A stretch of DNA of 63,762 nucleotides, filler included, from Intoshia linei (lineage: Eukaryota > Animalia > Orthonectida), in assembly GCA_001642005.1 (NCBI GenBank). It is 8 parts of 8 records of this genome, joined end to end, with 100 filler letters (N's around TTAATTAATTAA, not from the genome) between each part and the next. Parts side by side here need not be neighbours in the genome. Positions count along the whole stretch, not along the records: positions 13,591 to 33,415 come from LWCA01000720.1; positions 33,516 to 37,807 come from LWCA01001982.1; positions 37,908 to 46,695 come from LWCA01001422.1; 5 more parts are not named here. The stretch is one strand, 5' to 3'. Numbering within the stretch: position 1 is the first letter of the stretch; every line of letters starts with the position of its first letter. This document shows, piece by piece, positions 28,701 to 39,160 of the stretch. The position numbers and the translations under genes were made by a program. The notes beneath the pieces were generated by a model, which was not told the DNA's origin, did no database searches, and was given only the letters and a program-made list of their open reading frames with translations.

Positions 28701-31042
28701 AAAGTTATAAATGGGCTCTTTGGGAATCATCCAATAGTGTCAATTCTGCCATTGTGGGAATATCTATCTTGTGGACTAAAGCTGTTGGTTGGGAGAAAGG
28801 TGTGGCTTATAAATGGAGTTTAGAACATAGACCATCTGAAGGAATAATCAAGTATATTTTCGTATATTTTATGGTCAGAATCTAAACTTAATACATGACA
28901 TACAAGAATGTCAACCGTTATAATTGATTTGTAAATACTGTATGGTTCATTTTAATGAACTTAAATGTTATTTTATTTTTAAGTTCATTAAACTTGTTTA
29001 AAAATACCTAGAAAACGATATACCGAAAAAATTTTTTTGAATTAAGATTAAAACCCATGTATTACTCGTAGAGTACAACTTTTTCTACTAACTTTGAACT
29101 ATTTTGTTAAACAGTTTTTGTTGGGAAAGTCCTCGATTAAATTTAATGCTGACCGTTTTGGATAAAAAAAAAATTTTATGAATTTTGTTTATGTTTTAAA
29201 ATTTAATTTACTAAGTCTAAATGATATTAATTATGATATTAATTAGCTGGTTGACATTACAAACGGTAGACTACAATATGTAAGGTGTTATTTTGTTATA
29301 ATTTATGAATAATTTTAAATATAGACTGAAAATATACAAAAATGATAAATCTTTAATAATAAGCAGCGGAATAGTCTACGACTTCACATTACGAGGCGGA
29401 AAAATTGGATTATACACATTTCAACAAAAAAACGTTCATTGGACAAATTTAGATTGTAAATCATTGTTACCAATGAACAAAGCAGTTAGATTGTATGGTC
29501 GTTATGTTGATGTTATTAAAATGCCAAATATTGACTGTTTACACATGAAATCCTCGTAATACTATTATTTATTTAATTTTAATACTACAGTGAAAGTTTC
29601 TATAATGGAACGTAAAATTGAGTTGATATAACATGTTACATTGTAGAAAATTTTTACAGTAGTTAAATGTTTTTTAACAATACATTTTTTAAATAGACTA
29701 ACTGTCATTCTTTGGGTCAAAGTGCCTTCTGTCAGTAAATCAGTTGGAACAAGTCCACCGTTTTTTTGCACTGGGGATAAATATTTATGCATTTATCTTA
29801 ATGTGAATAAAGTTAAAATTGACTATGGCGGCACACAGGTATTCCTTAAAGATTCTAATCAAATTGTTGTGGATGTATGGACTAAAGTTGCCTTTGTTAT
29901 TGATGTCATAGGTATTTTCATCAACAATAATATACTATAAACTAATGTATTCACAATCATAATAAATCATGATAAATTAATTATTCACGATGGATTTATC
30001 ACTCCTTATTATATGTTTCACTGTTAGTAACGGAAACATTTATTAATACAGTAGTACATTCCACTGTTGTACCTCCACTTCGACAATTTGAGGCTCGAGT
30101 TAATTTTGTCACAGTAAATAATTTTAAATAATGCGAATCGTATCATTAGTGATGATTCATCACGTAAATTATTAAAAATTTTTATTCGAAATGGGTTCAT
30201 GGCTCAGTCAGTCATTTAATAGTATAAACTTTAACAAAAAATTGATGGCGGTATAGGTGATAGACTAATTAAGCAACTGGCGAACTGTAGAGAGAATATT
30301 GTTTTTTAATTTTGGTATTGTTGATGTATTATTTTAGGATTGACTGCAAAGTTATACGTCAATGATATTTTGGTAGATAGTTCATCATATATAACTCCTG
30401 CGGATTGGGTATTGTACATAACTATTTTTTCATATATGCATGATTTTAGACTAAATCTACCAATTCTACAGTCTATGTTGGTGGAAATTTGCATAGTTAT
30501 ATGGATTGCTATTATGATTCTGTAATTTGATTATAAAATTGAAAAACTTATACCGATAAACATAATGGTTTAGTAAATCAAATGGTGAGAATGATATACT
30601 ATATGTATGGCTACTATACTATATATGACTCATCAATATTTAATACACTAATCATGTAAAAAAATAATTTTTATGCGACATTTTATTAGAATTCAGTGTT
30701 TATTAAATTTTAGAATAGAATAAAATGTGTTACCATATATATTGAGTAAAATTCTATCAAATTTTTCTAATTGTATATTAGAATTATAATATAAGTATAA
30801 TTAATATTGTACATATTTAGATTTATATATTTCAAAAGGATTTAGCTTTGGAAAATATAAAATTGATTCATACTATATATGATATATTTAAACAAAAAAA
30901 GTTCTTGACATACCATGCAAGTTATAATAATGATAAAATTTTAAACCTTGTCATCGAAAACCAAAAATGTACTGATATTTCAACAACAAATGGAGGAATA
31001 TATGATAAACTCCATTATTTTTATTCTGCTAATCAATTTTAA
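13785..31042 (+). CDS. Mega-thrombospondin-like giant ECM protein (LRR-FN3-PA14/fibro-slime-cadherin-FA58C-Cys-rich-EGF-TSP3-TSP_C-LamG), 5' truncated
   Basis: About 40 phase-compatible exons, roughly 2,200 aa by rough exon sum. LRR: [29 protein letters not shown]-like CDCHL (13.8-15.3 kb). FN3-like: [13 protein letters not shown] (17.1-17.5 kb). PA14 (17.6-19.9 kb). Cadherin motifs: [24 protein letters not shown] (21.6-22.0 kb). FA58C: [10 protein letters not shown]...VQGR...LRLELIGC (22.1-23.0 kb). CSSCPSGQY Cys repeats, then CIDIDE/CVDVNEC EGFs. TSP3: [12 protein letters not shown] and DNC..N.DQ.D.D.D..GDAC repeats. TSP_C: [32 protein letters not shown]. LamG: WTKVAFV. Stop at 31042. Confidence 0.9.
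15740..16740 (-). repeat. Helitron-like family copy (intronic)
   Basis: Shares TTTTGAAATTGTAGGAT, ATCAACTGGAATAAGCT and the tandem subunits with 35.6-36.8 kb. Confidence 0.65.
18240..18394. mobile_element. Palindromic MITE (intronic)
   Basis: ~40-bp inverted arms AAAAAATACGTACTATCAATTTTAGTTTATTTG / CAAATAAACTAAAATTGATAGTACGTATTTTTT. Other copies at 20114 and 25418. Confidence 0.8.
20114..20273. mobile_element. Palindromic MITE with TTAA target duplication (Kolobok/piggyBac-type signature)
   Basis: TTAA|AGTG...CACT|TTAA, with an internal sequence near-identical to 18240-18394. Confidence 0.75.
24625..24960 (-). repeat. Helitron-like family 3' fragment (intronic)
   Basis: GTTGACTTTTATGTAC...CAAACAGCACCTAGCCTTGTCGAGGGC matches 35607-35670 and 38781-38840. 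Confidence 0.65.
25418..26451 (-). repeat. Truncated MITE (25418-25540) abutting a Helitron-like copy (25540-26451), intronic
   Basis: MITE arm GTGGCCAGAAAAAAGACGTACTATC. Helitron 5' end ...TTTATATGAGTTAGGA|T at 26451. Confidence 0.7.
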
Positions 31043-32070
31043 TTAGTTCAAAATGTAAATTATTAAAGTATTTTAGTGTTAGTACCATTTAAATTAATTT
31101 TTAAAGAACTTTTGAAAGGATAAATGCTGAGGCTCTTATAATTTCAATAAATACAATTTTATCAAAAGTTTAGGAATTTTTATAATAGATTAATCTGAAT
31201 TAGGCCTCATCAAACTTTCATTTAAAATTTCGGTCTGTGACGTAACCATAGATAAAGTTTAAATATATTTTATCATTATAAACTTAAATTAAAAATATTA
31301 CTAACAATAATTAGAAAAGAATGTATGCTCATAAGGGAGTCACATTTTTTGGAAAATTTTAGAATTTGATGGATGATTAGCACTAAATGTATGTATTTTT
31401 AAAAAAAAAACTCTATAACATAATCAAAATAACAAATTAATTATATAACTTTATTTTTTTAAAGTTTTTACAGTATTATGTTAATCACCGTTTATAATTA
31501 AATATCTTATTTTTTTAATTTTCATTCTAGCTGTATTAGTTCAATTTTTATCAACGATTGAATTTTTTAACTTTAGTGTATAAATGTAAAGTGAAAACAA
31601 AGTAATATAATATAAATTTAAATATTAAATTTCTGTGTAAAACTTAAAAATAGTGAGTGCATACTATAAATATTGCGTTTATCACAAAAATATAGCATTT
31701 AAATAAATTATTACTCAATTTTTCTAAATTCATAAAATTACGTTGAAATTATTAGTAACCATTCAAACAGTAATGCACTTTATTTATGTTCAATTTAATT
31801 ATTTGAAATTTATAATATAATTATGAAATTTTGTTACATTTGCAGAAATAGAGCCAATTTGGTAAATATTTTACATCTAAATATATAAATACATTATAAG
31901 GGTGTTTTTGAGTTTAGCCCACACTATTATTAAAAATTCAAAATGAATTAAAATTTATATTTTAATTTAATTTCAATTGTAATAACACATGTTCACATTA
32001 TGTATTCGGAGAAAAATTGAAATAGGATCTACAATAGTATGGAATGGAATAAAGGTCTTATATAGCAGAG

Positions 32071-33415
32071 TAGGGTGGCCCAAAAAAGCACTATTGTCTC
32101 AAATTTATTAGGATTGTTGCTTATATGGTTCGATTATGTATTAGATATCACCAGAATTTTTTTTTTTATATGTCATCTTCAACTTTCCTAAATTTGATTA
32201 AGTTGAGAGGTATAGCAAAATTTTTTATAGTATAAATATAAACTATGAATATTGTAAACATTTTTAAGCCTAAAAAATTTATTAATGAAATAATTGACAT
32301 TTTCATAAGTTGAGGAATAAATGACTGTAAGAAAATGTATCCAGCACTAGAAACTTTAATTTAACACAGAAATTCACTTTAATTAATTTTTATTTGGCCT
32401 TGGAAGATCTTTGCGGTGAGCAACAACTTGCAGTAAATATTGTTTCTGGTTTTCATCTTTTGTTAATAAGGTATTAAAATCATTAATTAGTTTGACACCA
32501 CGCTCTGCACAGTCGTTTACTACTGAAACTTTTCGCAATATTCACAGCTTTCATATAATTATCCATTTTGTGCCATTTTTCAGCTGGTTTGGTCAAAATT
32601 TCAGTAGCTTCAAGTACATCTATCAATACTTTAGAATTTTGAGTCACTAGCATAGATATTGGAATTTTTTGATTATCACCAACAGTTTTATTAAGACGAG
32701 GAGAACACTTGGCTAAAGTTATTTCATCAACTTGATTGTAAATAGCTGATGCTAGCAAATTATTCTCATCATCATTCAAAGCATCACCAAATAATGGTAA
32801 ACCTATTAGTTTGGGTGACACATACTAAAGATGACGATGAATAGCAGAATTTGCTGCATTAGAAATTTTCTGATTAATTTTTTTATATTCATCCAAGTTT
32901 TCTAATAAATTTAAATCGAAAATAGCAGCATCACATGATGTTAACGTAAACCAGTATATAAATACATGAAATAAATGTACATAAATCAGTGATGTAATAA
33001 ACAATAGCATCTTAAACCATTTTTTTCTTGCAATGTTAATTTAAACTGGTTTCTAAACAACCAAATTTTGAGAGAATATATCACTTTTGATATCCCTTGC
33101 ATGGTGAAAAGCGCCAGGTTTGTTAAAAAATATTGTTCTGCTTGTTTCTCCAAAAAAAATCAAACATAAATTCAAAAGTTCAAGATAGTCATTTCTTATG
33201 ATTGAATTTCTGTCAAATTTTTTCAGATAACTGATAGTATCATTTGAAATTTTCCATTTATCTAGCAATTTTTTTATTGCTTCTGCCATCATTTTGCCAG
33301 TTCCTCTATCCAATTTTGGCACACCCAATAGTTGTTCAAGTGCATGATTACTGACAATAACTGGTAAACGATCAACCTTTTTATGACTTGAATTGTCTAT
33401 TTCCTCCAACAATTT
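32071..33415 (-). mobile_element. hATm-like DNA transposon, internally deleted and frameshifted
   Basis: TAGGGTGG terminus at 32071. Minus-strand DRLPVIVS...EQLLGVPKLDRGTG, RNDYLELLNLCLIFFG, KPGAFHHAR and RHL motifs. The FDTT/CRHH catalytic segment is missing. Confidence 0.8.
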
Positions 33416-33515
33416 NNNNNNNNNNNNNNNNNNNNNNNNNNNNNNNNNNNNNNNNNNNNTTAATTAATTAANNNNNNNNNNNNNNNNNNNNNNNNNNNNN
33501 NNNNNNNNNNNNNNN
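33416..33515. other. Artificial contig spacer
   Basis: 44 N + TTAATTAATTAA + 44 N. Confidence 0.97.
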
Positions 33516-35295
33516 GTAAGCTGGATAATGACCATAATCGTAAATATAAAAGAAAAATGGAACGTGAGGTGGCAGAATTGCAACGGAAATTGACAGAGAG
33601 AAACAGATTTATTATATCACAATTACAACAATCTAAAATTAATGGTATTGAGTGTGATAACAATTGTGTGGATTCAATTCAAAATGATGTAAACTTGAAT
33701 CAAGCACATCATGGTGGGCAGGTATCAAAACTGTATTGTCAGGATATTGCAAAGGCTTGTATAAAAACACACACTTCGTCACGGAAAATGCAAACCATTT
33801 TAAAAACTGTCATTAATTATGCAGTTANAGGTATCAAAACTGTATTGTCAGGATATTGCAAAGGCTTGTATAAAAACACACACTTCGTCACGGAAAATGC
33901 AAACCATTTTAAAAACTGTCACCAATTATGCAGTTCCTTCAAGAACAAGCTGTATTAATGTATTAAACGAAGAAATTGGACGTTGCAGTGATAAAATTAG
34001 AATAGACATTGATACATTCAAGAAAGATTTCTGTATTCCATTTGACGCAAAAAGTGCTCGTGGTTATAATAATAATATTGTAGAGTTTTTATCGGTGCGT
34101 CTCACATCGGATGGATTTTCTAAGATGATTGCTCTTCGAACTCTGACTAATTCCAAAAGTGATACAATATTTACTGAATTACAAAAAGTGATTACAAAAT
34201 ACAATAATTTATTCAGAATTTAACTCATCATATGTTATACCACTGCAACAAATACCGGACGCATCAATGGAGTTGTTGCACAAATGCAGAGACTAAACGG
34301 TAATATAGAATATGAATGCTGTAGGTTTCATGTCCTAGATTTGATTTTAAAGCATGTTTTAAATCAGATATTTAGATGTGGAACTGTATCTCCAAATATT
34401 CATTATCCTTTTGTTAACGTGATTCGCGATAATTATTCGTCCCTATACAGCAATTATATAGGGACAATTGATATAGAATATGAAAATACTCTAAGTGAAC
34501 AGTGGAGAAATGATTATAAGGAATTATATGAAATGGTGAACTGTTATAAAACACTTAGAAAATATAATTCCGATCCAAAAATAAATTTCAAGAAACCATG
34601 CAATATATCGAATGCTAGATGGAATAATAGAAGCATTTACTACCTCAAAGCTTTAATTCTAAATTTGGATAGGACAGAAATTATGATCGAAGCGTGTAAT
34701 TTTATAGCATATGTATGGAGCAATTGTTGTTTACATGTCATGATCAGAAAATAGCTTTTTGGGAACCTCTTGAATACTGTTTAGGACCTGTAATATCACC
34801 TAAATACCCTAAAGCGTATTATTGCCTAATAAAACTATACAGTTTATGTATATATCTTTCACCAATGAGATATGCGAAAGATCTCTTGCATTGATGGATA
34901 ACGTAGTCACGATATGCAAAAACTTCGAAAATTTAGAAAATAGAGTTTTGACTAAATTTAATAATTATGTATAAAAAATTCACAATAAAAATATCACAAT
35001 TTTATTTAAAATTCATTGTTAATTAATTAAAATTTAACGATTTAAATTTTATTCTACATTCAAAACTATTAATTGAACCTTATTTGGCTTTCCTAGAATT
35101 AATTTGATTATATAAGTAAGTAATACTCTTAATATTCATATTTAAATAATAATTTGATATTCTGTGCCCTTGACCACCCTTATAAACTTTTTGAATTTTG
35201 TTAAGATTTTGGATTTTATATCTGTTAATCAAAACGAAAACTTTTGGATCTTGTCCTATCAGAAATTCATAAATATTGAAATTATGTCCACCCTA
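33516..35295 (+). mobile_element. hATm-like DNA transposon (second family), pseudogenized transposase
   Basis: FCIPFDAK, IICYTTATNTGRINGV, CCRFHVLDLILK, WRNDYKELYE and NARWNNRSIY motifs, with in-frame stops. ...CCACCCTA terminus at 35295. Confidence 0.8.
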
Positions 35296-35606
35296 ATGTA
35301 CAATATTTCTAAAATAATTAAAATAATAAATATCATATGCGTTAAAAACTAGGCGGAAAAAATTTCAATTAAACGTATTAATTTTAGCACATTCCTGATC
35401 AGCACACAAAAACACATGTTTAGACACTTTTCATATATAAATATGATATTTATTTAGTAGCTCACTTTGGGAAACACTGTGATAATAAATATTGTAGATT
35501 TTGAATTACATTTTATTTCTAATTTTATACTACAGAATAGAATAGAACAGTGACCACCAAATTACGACAATGGGTAGAATTCGGCTGATATAGTTTTATC
35601 TATTTA

Positions 35607-36805
35607 CTAGGTTGACTGTTATGTAGTACGTACAAACAGCACCTAGCTCTGCCGAGGGCACATTTTTATTATACCAAAAATCTAATTTAAAAATCCTACA
35701 ATTCACTATTATCAATCCTTTAAAGGTTTGGTTCCCAAATTTGTTTTAGGTGGAACCATCAAATAACATTACTTTTTATTTTTAAGTGAATTATTTCATC
35801 TTAACTTTTTGTTTGTTAACAATTACAAACGAATGAATTATATAGATTTTCACCCATATTTCTTTATTGGAAATGTGTAGACGTTCAATACACACTTTTT
35901 TGAAATTGTAGATTTACATTTTCATTTTTATTTTTAATCGAATTTCAGTGATATCTCGATAGTCACGTTATATTACTTCAATTTTAGTTTATTTGGAGTT
36001 AAATTTAAAGACAAAATTACATATCTATGGTTGCAAAAAATATTTTTGGGTAAAAATTGTTTCTAAATAAACTAAAATTTAAGTAATCGAACGTGATTAT
36101 ATCGAGATATCTGATCTATGATATATCACTGTATTTGAAAAATATTGGTTGATAATATATTAAAAATTATTTTTCATCGGGAATGCGTAGATTCCTCGGG
36201 TTACTTTTGCATTGATATCAACTGGAATAAGCTCTATCAGAATAATCTTCTTTTTTTTTAAATTCTAAGGCTGTTTTCATTAAAAAAAGAAGGGTAATTT
36301 GTGGTTTTGGCCCTGAAGATATTTTTTTTAAATTTAAATTCATGATAATGTTTGTGATTTTAAAATCCGTATCAGCGTATATATTTTTTTAAATTCTCCA
36401 ACTCGTTTGATTTTCAAAAAGAGGGACAACTGGGGTTTTTAACCCGTAAGATGTGGAATTGGGAGGTTGAAATTTATTTATTATATGCCCCGAAAAAAAC
36501 TGTAATTGAAACGTGGTCTTTAAAAAATTCTAAGAGTGGTAGTTATTTCAATAAAGTTTTTGACCCGTAAGATGTGAAATTGGGAGGTTGAAATTTATCT
36601 TATTATACGGTTTTTGACCCTTAAGATGTGAAATTGGGAGGTTGAAATTTATCTTATTATACGCGGAAAAACTGTAATTGAAAAGTGGACTTTATAAAAT
36701 TTTAAGACGAGTAGTTATTTAAATAAAACTGAACACACGCACACACAAACAAAAATTGCATAGAATATTATAATATGCTATTATATATAATTATATAAGT
36801 TAAGA
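35607..36805 (-). mobile_element. Apparently full-length non-autonomous Helitron-like element with a nested MITE
   Basis: On the minus strand it begins A|TCTTAACTTATAT and ends with an imperfect hairpin (CCCTCGGCAGAGCTAGG) about 35 nt before CTAG|T. Inserted between A and T with no TSD. Internal tandem duplications at 36440-36700. Confidence 0.75.
35946..36131. mobile_element. MITE with CAGTGATAT termini nested in the Helitron-like element
   Basis: CAGTGATATC...ATATCACTG|TA. It interrupts a site that is continuous in the other Helitron copies. Confidence 0.7.
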
Positions 36806-36812
36806 TTTAGAC

Positions 36813-37118
36813 CAGTGATTCTTAACCGGTGTGCCATGAGTAGAGTTCAGGTGCGCCGCAAAGAAATTTAAGTTTATTTTATAAATTTATATAAATTAGT
36901 GTTAAATTTTAAAATGACCATTCTTTAATGAACATTTTGAGATTTATATTAAATATAATATTTTATATTTATATATATATGATTTTAATACAATCATAAT
37001 TAGGAACATATAAGAAAATTTTCGAAAATCTGTTTTTTATTACCAAATCTTTTTAGATGCGCAAAATTTTGACTTGTTTTACAGATCCGCCTTGAAGTAA
37101 AAAGGTTAAAAAACACTG
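36813..37118. mobile_element. hAT/Charlie-type MITE
   Basis: CAGTGATTCTTAACCG...AGGTTAAAAAACACTG inverted termini. Confidence 0.65.
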
Positions 37119-37356
37119 ATGACTAATAAGTTATTGAATATATTTTGTTTAAATAAAATAATAACCAAATAAAAAGATATATTAAAGTGTTTTTTGAACA
37201 ACGAAGACGTTATTGTGAGATTGAAATTTTTGTGTATTTTAACTGAAAATAATTATTAGTTGTGATATTTATTAAATTCTAAGATTTTTTTCTTTATAAA
37301 AATAAAAAAGGTAATATGTGGTTTTGAGGTTGCGATTGATGATTTTAAAAACTATA

Positions 37357-37807
37357 CACTGCGTTTCAAGTTATTATGCAAACATTAAAAACATTAATAA
37401 TTTAAAAAGTAGTAACTTAATTCTATTAATTTTTTTATCATATTTATATATTCAACTAATAATACTTTAACGTCCCAAAAAAAATGAATACACGAATATT
37501 TAAGAAAATTTTGTGATTTTTGGTGTGCCAAATTATTATGCAAATTAATATTAAACAATAATTTCAATGTTAATACGAATAAATAAATATTTAAATAATA
37601 TAATCCATTATATTTTAAACCAAATTCAAGCAAAAAAAATGTAAGTAAAGTTTACATATTCATATACCCCCCTTTCCGGGATATTACAAGAAAAAGTCGT
37701 TGATCCATAGATTTTGTGAGGTTTTCAATTGTTTTTCCATCGATTTTTTTTGATTCTGTCAAAATTGCATGCCATAGATCGTTTTTGATTGGTATTGTTT
37801 ATTCCCA
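37357..37807 (-). mobile_element. Tc1-like transposon 3' end (transposase C-terminus + TIR)
   Basis: Minus strand reads GNKQYQS/KNDLWHAI...IENLTKSMDQRLFLVISRKGGYMNM*. TA|CACTGCGTTTCAAGTTATTATGCAAA terminus, with an internal repeat of AATTATTATGCAAA near 37530. Confidence 0.75.
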
Positions 37808-37907
37808 NNNNNNNNNNNNNNNNNNNNNNNNNNNNNNNNNNNNNNNNNNNNTTAATTAATTAANNNNNNNNNNNNNNNNNNNNNNNNNNNNNNNNNNNNN
37901 NNNNNNN
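37808..37907. other. Artificial contig spacer
   Basis: 44 N + TTAATTAATTAA + 44 N. Confidence 0.97.
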
Positions 37908-38096
37908 GTATTATTCAAAAACTCATAATAACAAGAAATATGACCATTTAATAGTTTTTATTTAAAAAAATAAAATTCCGTTAATAAGGGCGTTACTATA
38001 GAGAACATTCCATATTAACGAAATTAACTAATTTTGAATTCCGTTAATAAGGACTTAAATTGTATTAAATATAAATAGTATGATAATAATAATAAA

Positions 38097-38482
38097 ATGT
38101 TGTGCGACCCACTGATTCAGCGACGGTCGGATGTATGTTGTGCATCCTGCTCTAAAGATTTAATCTACTTAGTATGCTCCGATATTCATCGTTGTGTCAG
38201 ATGTCAACAAAATATTTGCATTTCCTGTGAAGAAGGGTTTATTTCCAAGTCGAGATTTTGCGAGGGTTAATTTTTTAATTTGTGTAGCTAAATTGACTTT
38301 ATAGCTTGCCATGATGTGAATTGTGCAGTGTGTAGTAAATATAATGAAATTTGTGATATATGTAAATCAGGGTATTTTCTTAATAAAGCTGGAGTATGTG
38401 TAGGTTAAGTTTACATTATTCGTTTATAAATATGTATTAGATTGCTCATTTGAAGCTTCGTGCAATGGTAGAGACGCTGGAG
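38097..38482 (+). CDS. Furin-like/CXXC cysteine-rich protein fragment (3 or more small exons)
   Basis: Splicing gives CSDIHRCVRCQQNICISCEEGFISKSRFCE|ACHDVNCAVCSKYNEICDICKSGYFLNKAGVCV|DCSFEASCNGRDAG with ~38-bp phase-1 GT-AG introns. Ends are uncertain. Confidence 0.7.
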
Positions 38483-38780
38483 GTTTAATTTAATTGTCTT
38501 AGACATAATATATAATGTAGAAAGTAACTTATTAAAATTAAAAAATTTATGTTTACATTTTTTATTATATTTATTACATTATAATTAATTATTATATATT
38601 AATGTATCAATATAATATTATTGTATTTAAAAATATGAACAATAAAATATTATGCATATATTTTTTGTGTATTTTAGAATGTAATTGTTTTATTCCGACA
38701 TAAATTACAGTCTTCAGTAATGAATAATACACACACTATAATACGTATACTATAATAATATATATTAATTATATTTAGTA

Positions 38781-39160
38781 CTAGGTTGACTTTTATGTAA
38801 TTTGTATGAGCAACATCTAGCTCTGCAATAGGCGGACTTTTAATTCTACCAAAAAAAAATAACAAATGATACACTCACTATTATCAATCGTATAAAAGAG
38901 TGGTTCCCAAACTTGTTTCACCATCGCCTGTCATTTCATATTACCTTTATTATTACATTAATCCTTAGTCAATTAATCCCACTTAATTTTATTTTGTTAG
39001 TTTATTTTAGTTAATTTGTGTAGAGAATTTTAAAAAAATTTTGTCATGACATTTTTTTAATTTATTAGTGAAAATCTTAGAGTGTATATTATACATATAT
39101 ATATTATAATCTTAAAAATAAAGTAACAACGGTACAATCCTAAAAATTTTCATAAATACC
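38781..39160 (-). repeat. Helitron-like family 3' fragment
   Basis: A|CTAGGTTGACTTTTATG...CTAGCTCTGCAATAGGC is the same terminus as at 35607. Confidence 0.65.

Noticed and set aside
33720-33935. ~110-bp tandem duplication in a transposase
   Set aside because: A single N sits at the junction (33828), which points to a scaffolding overlap artefact.
36420-36720. Repeated TTTTGACCCGTAAGATGTGAAATTGGGAGGTTGAAATTTA units resembling a CRISPR array
   Set aside because: No unique constant-length spacers, no cas genes and a eukaryotic context. They are internal Helitron duplications.
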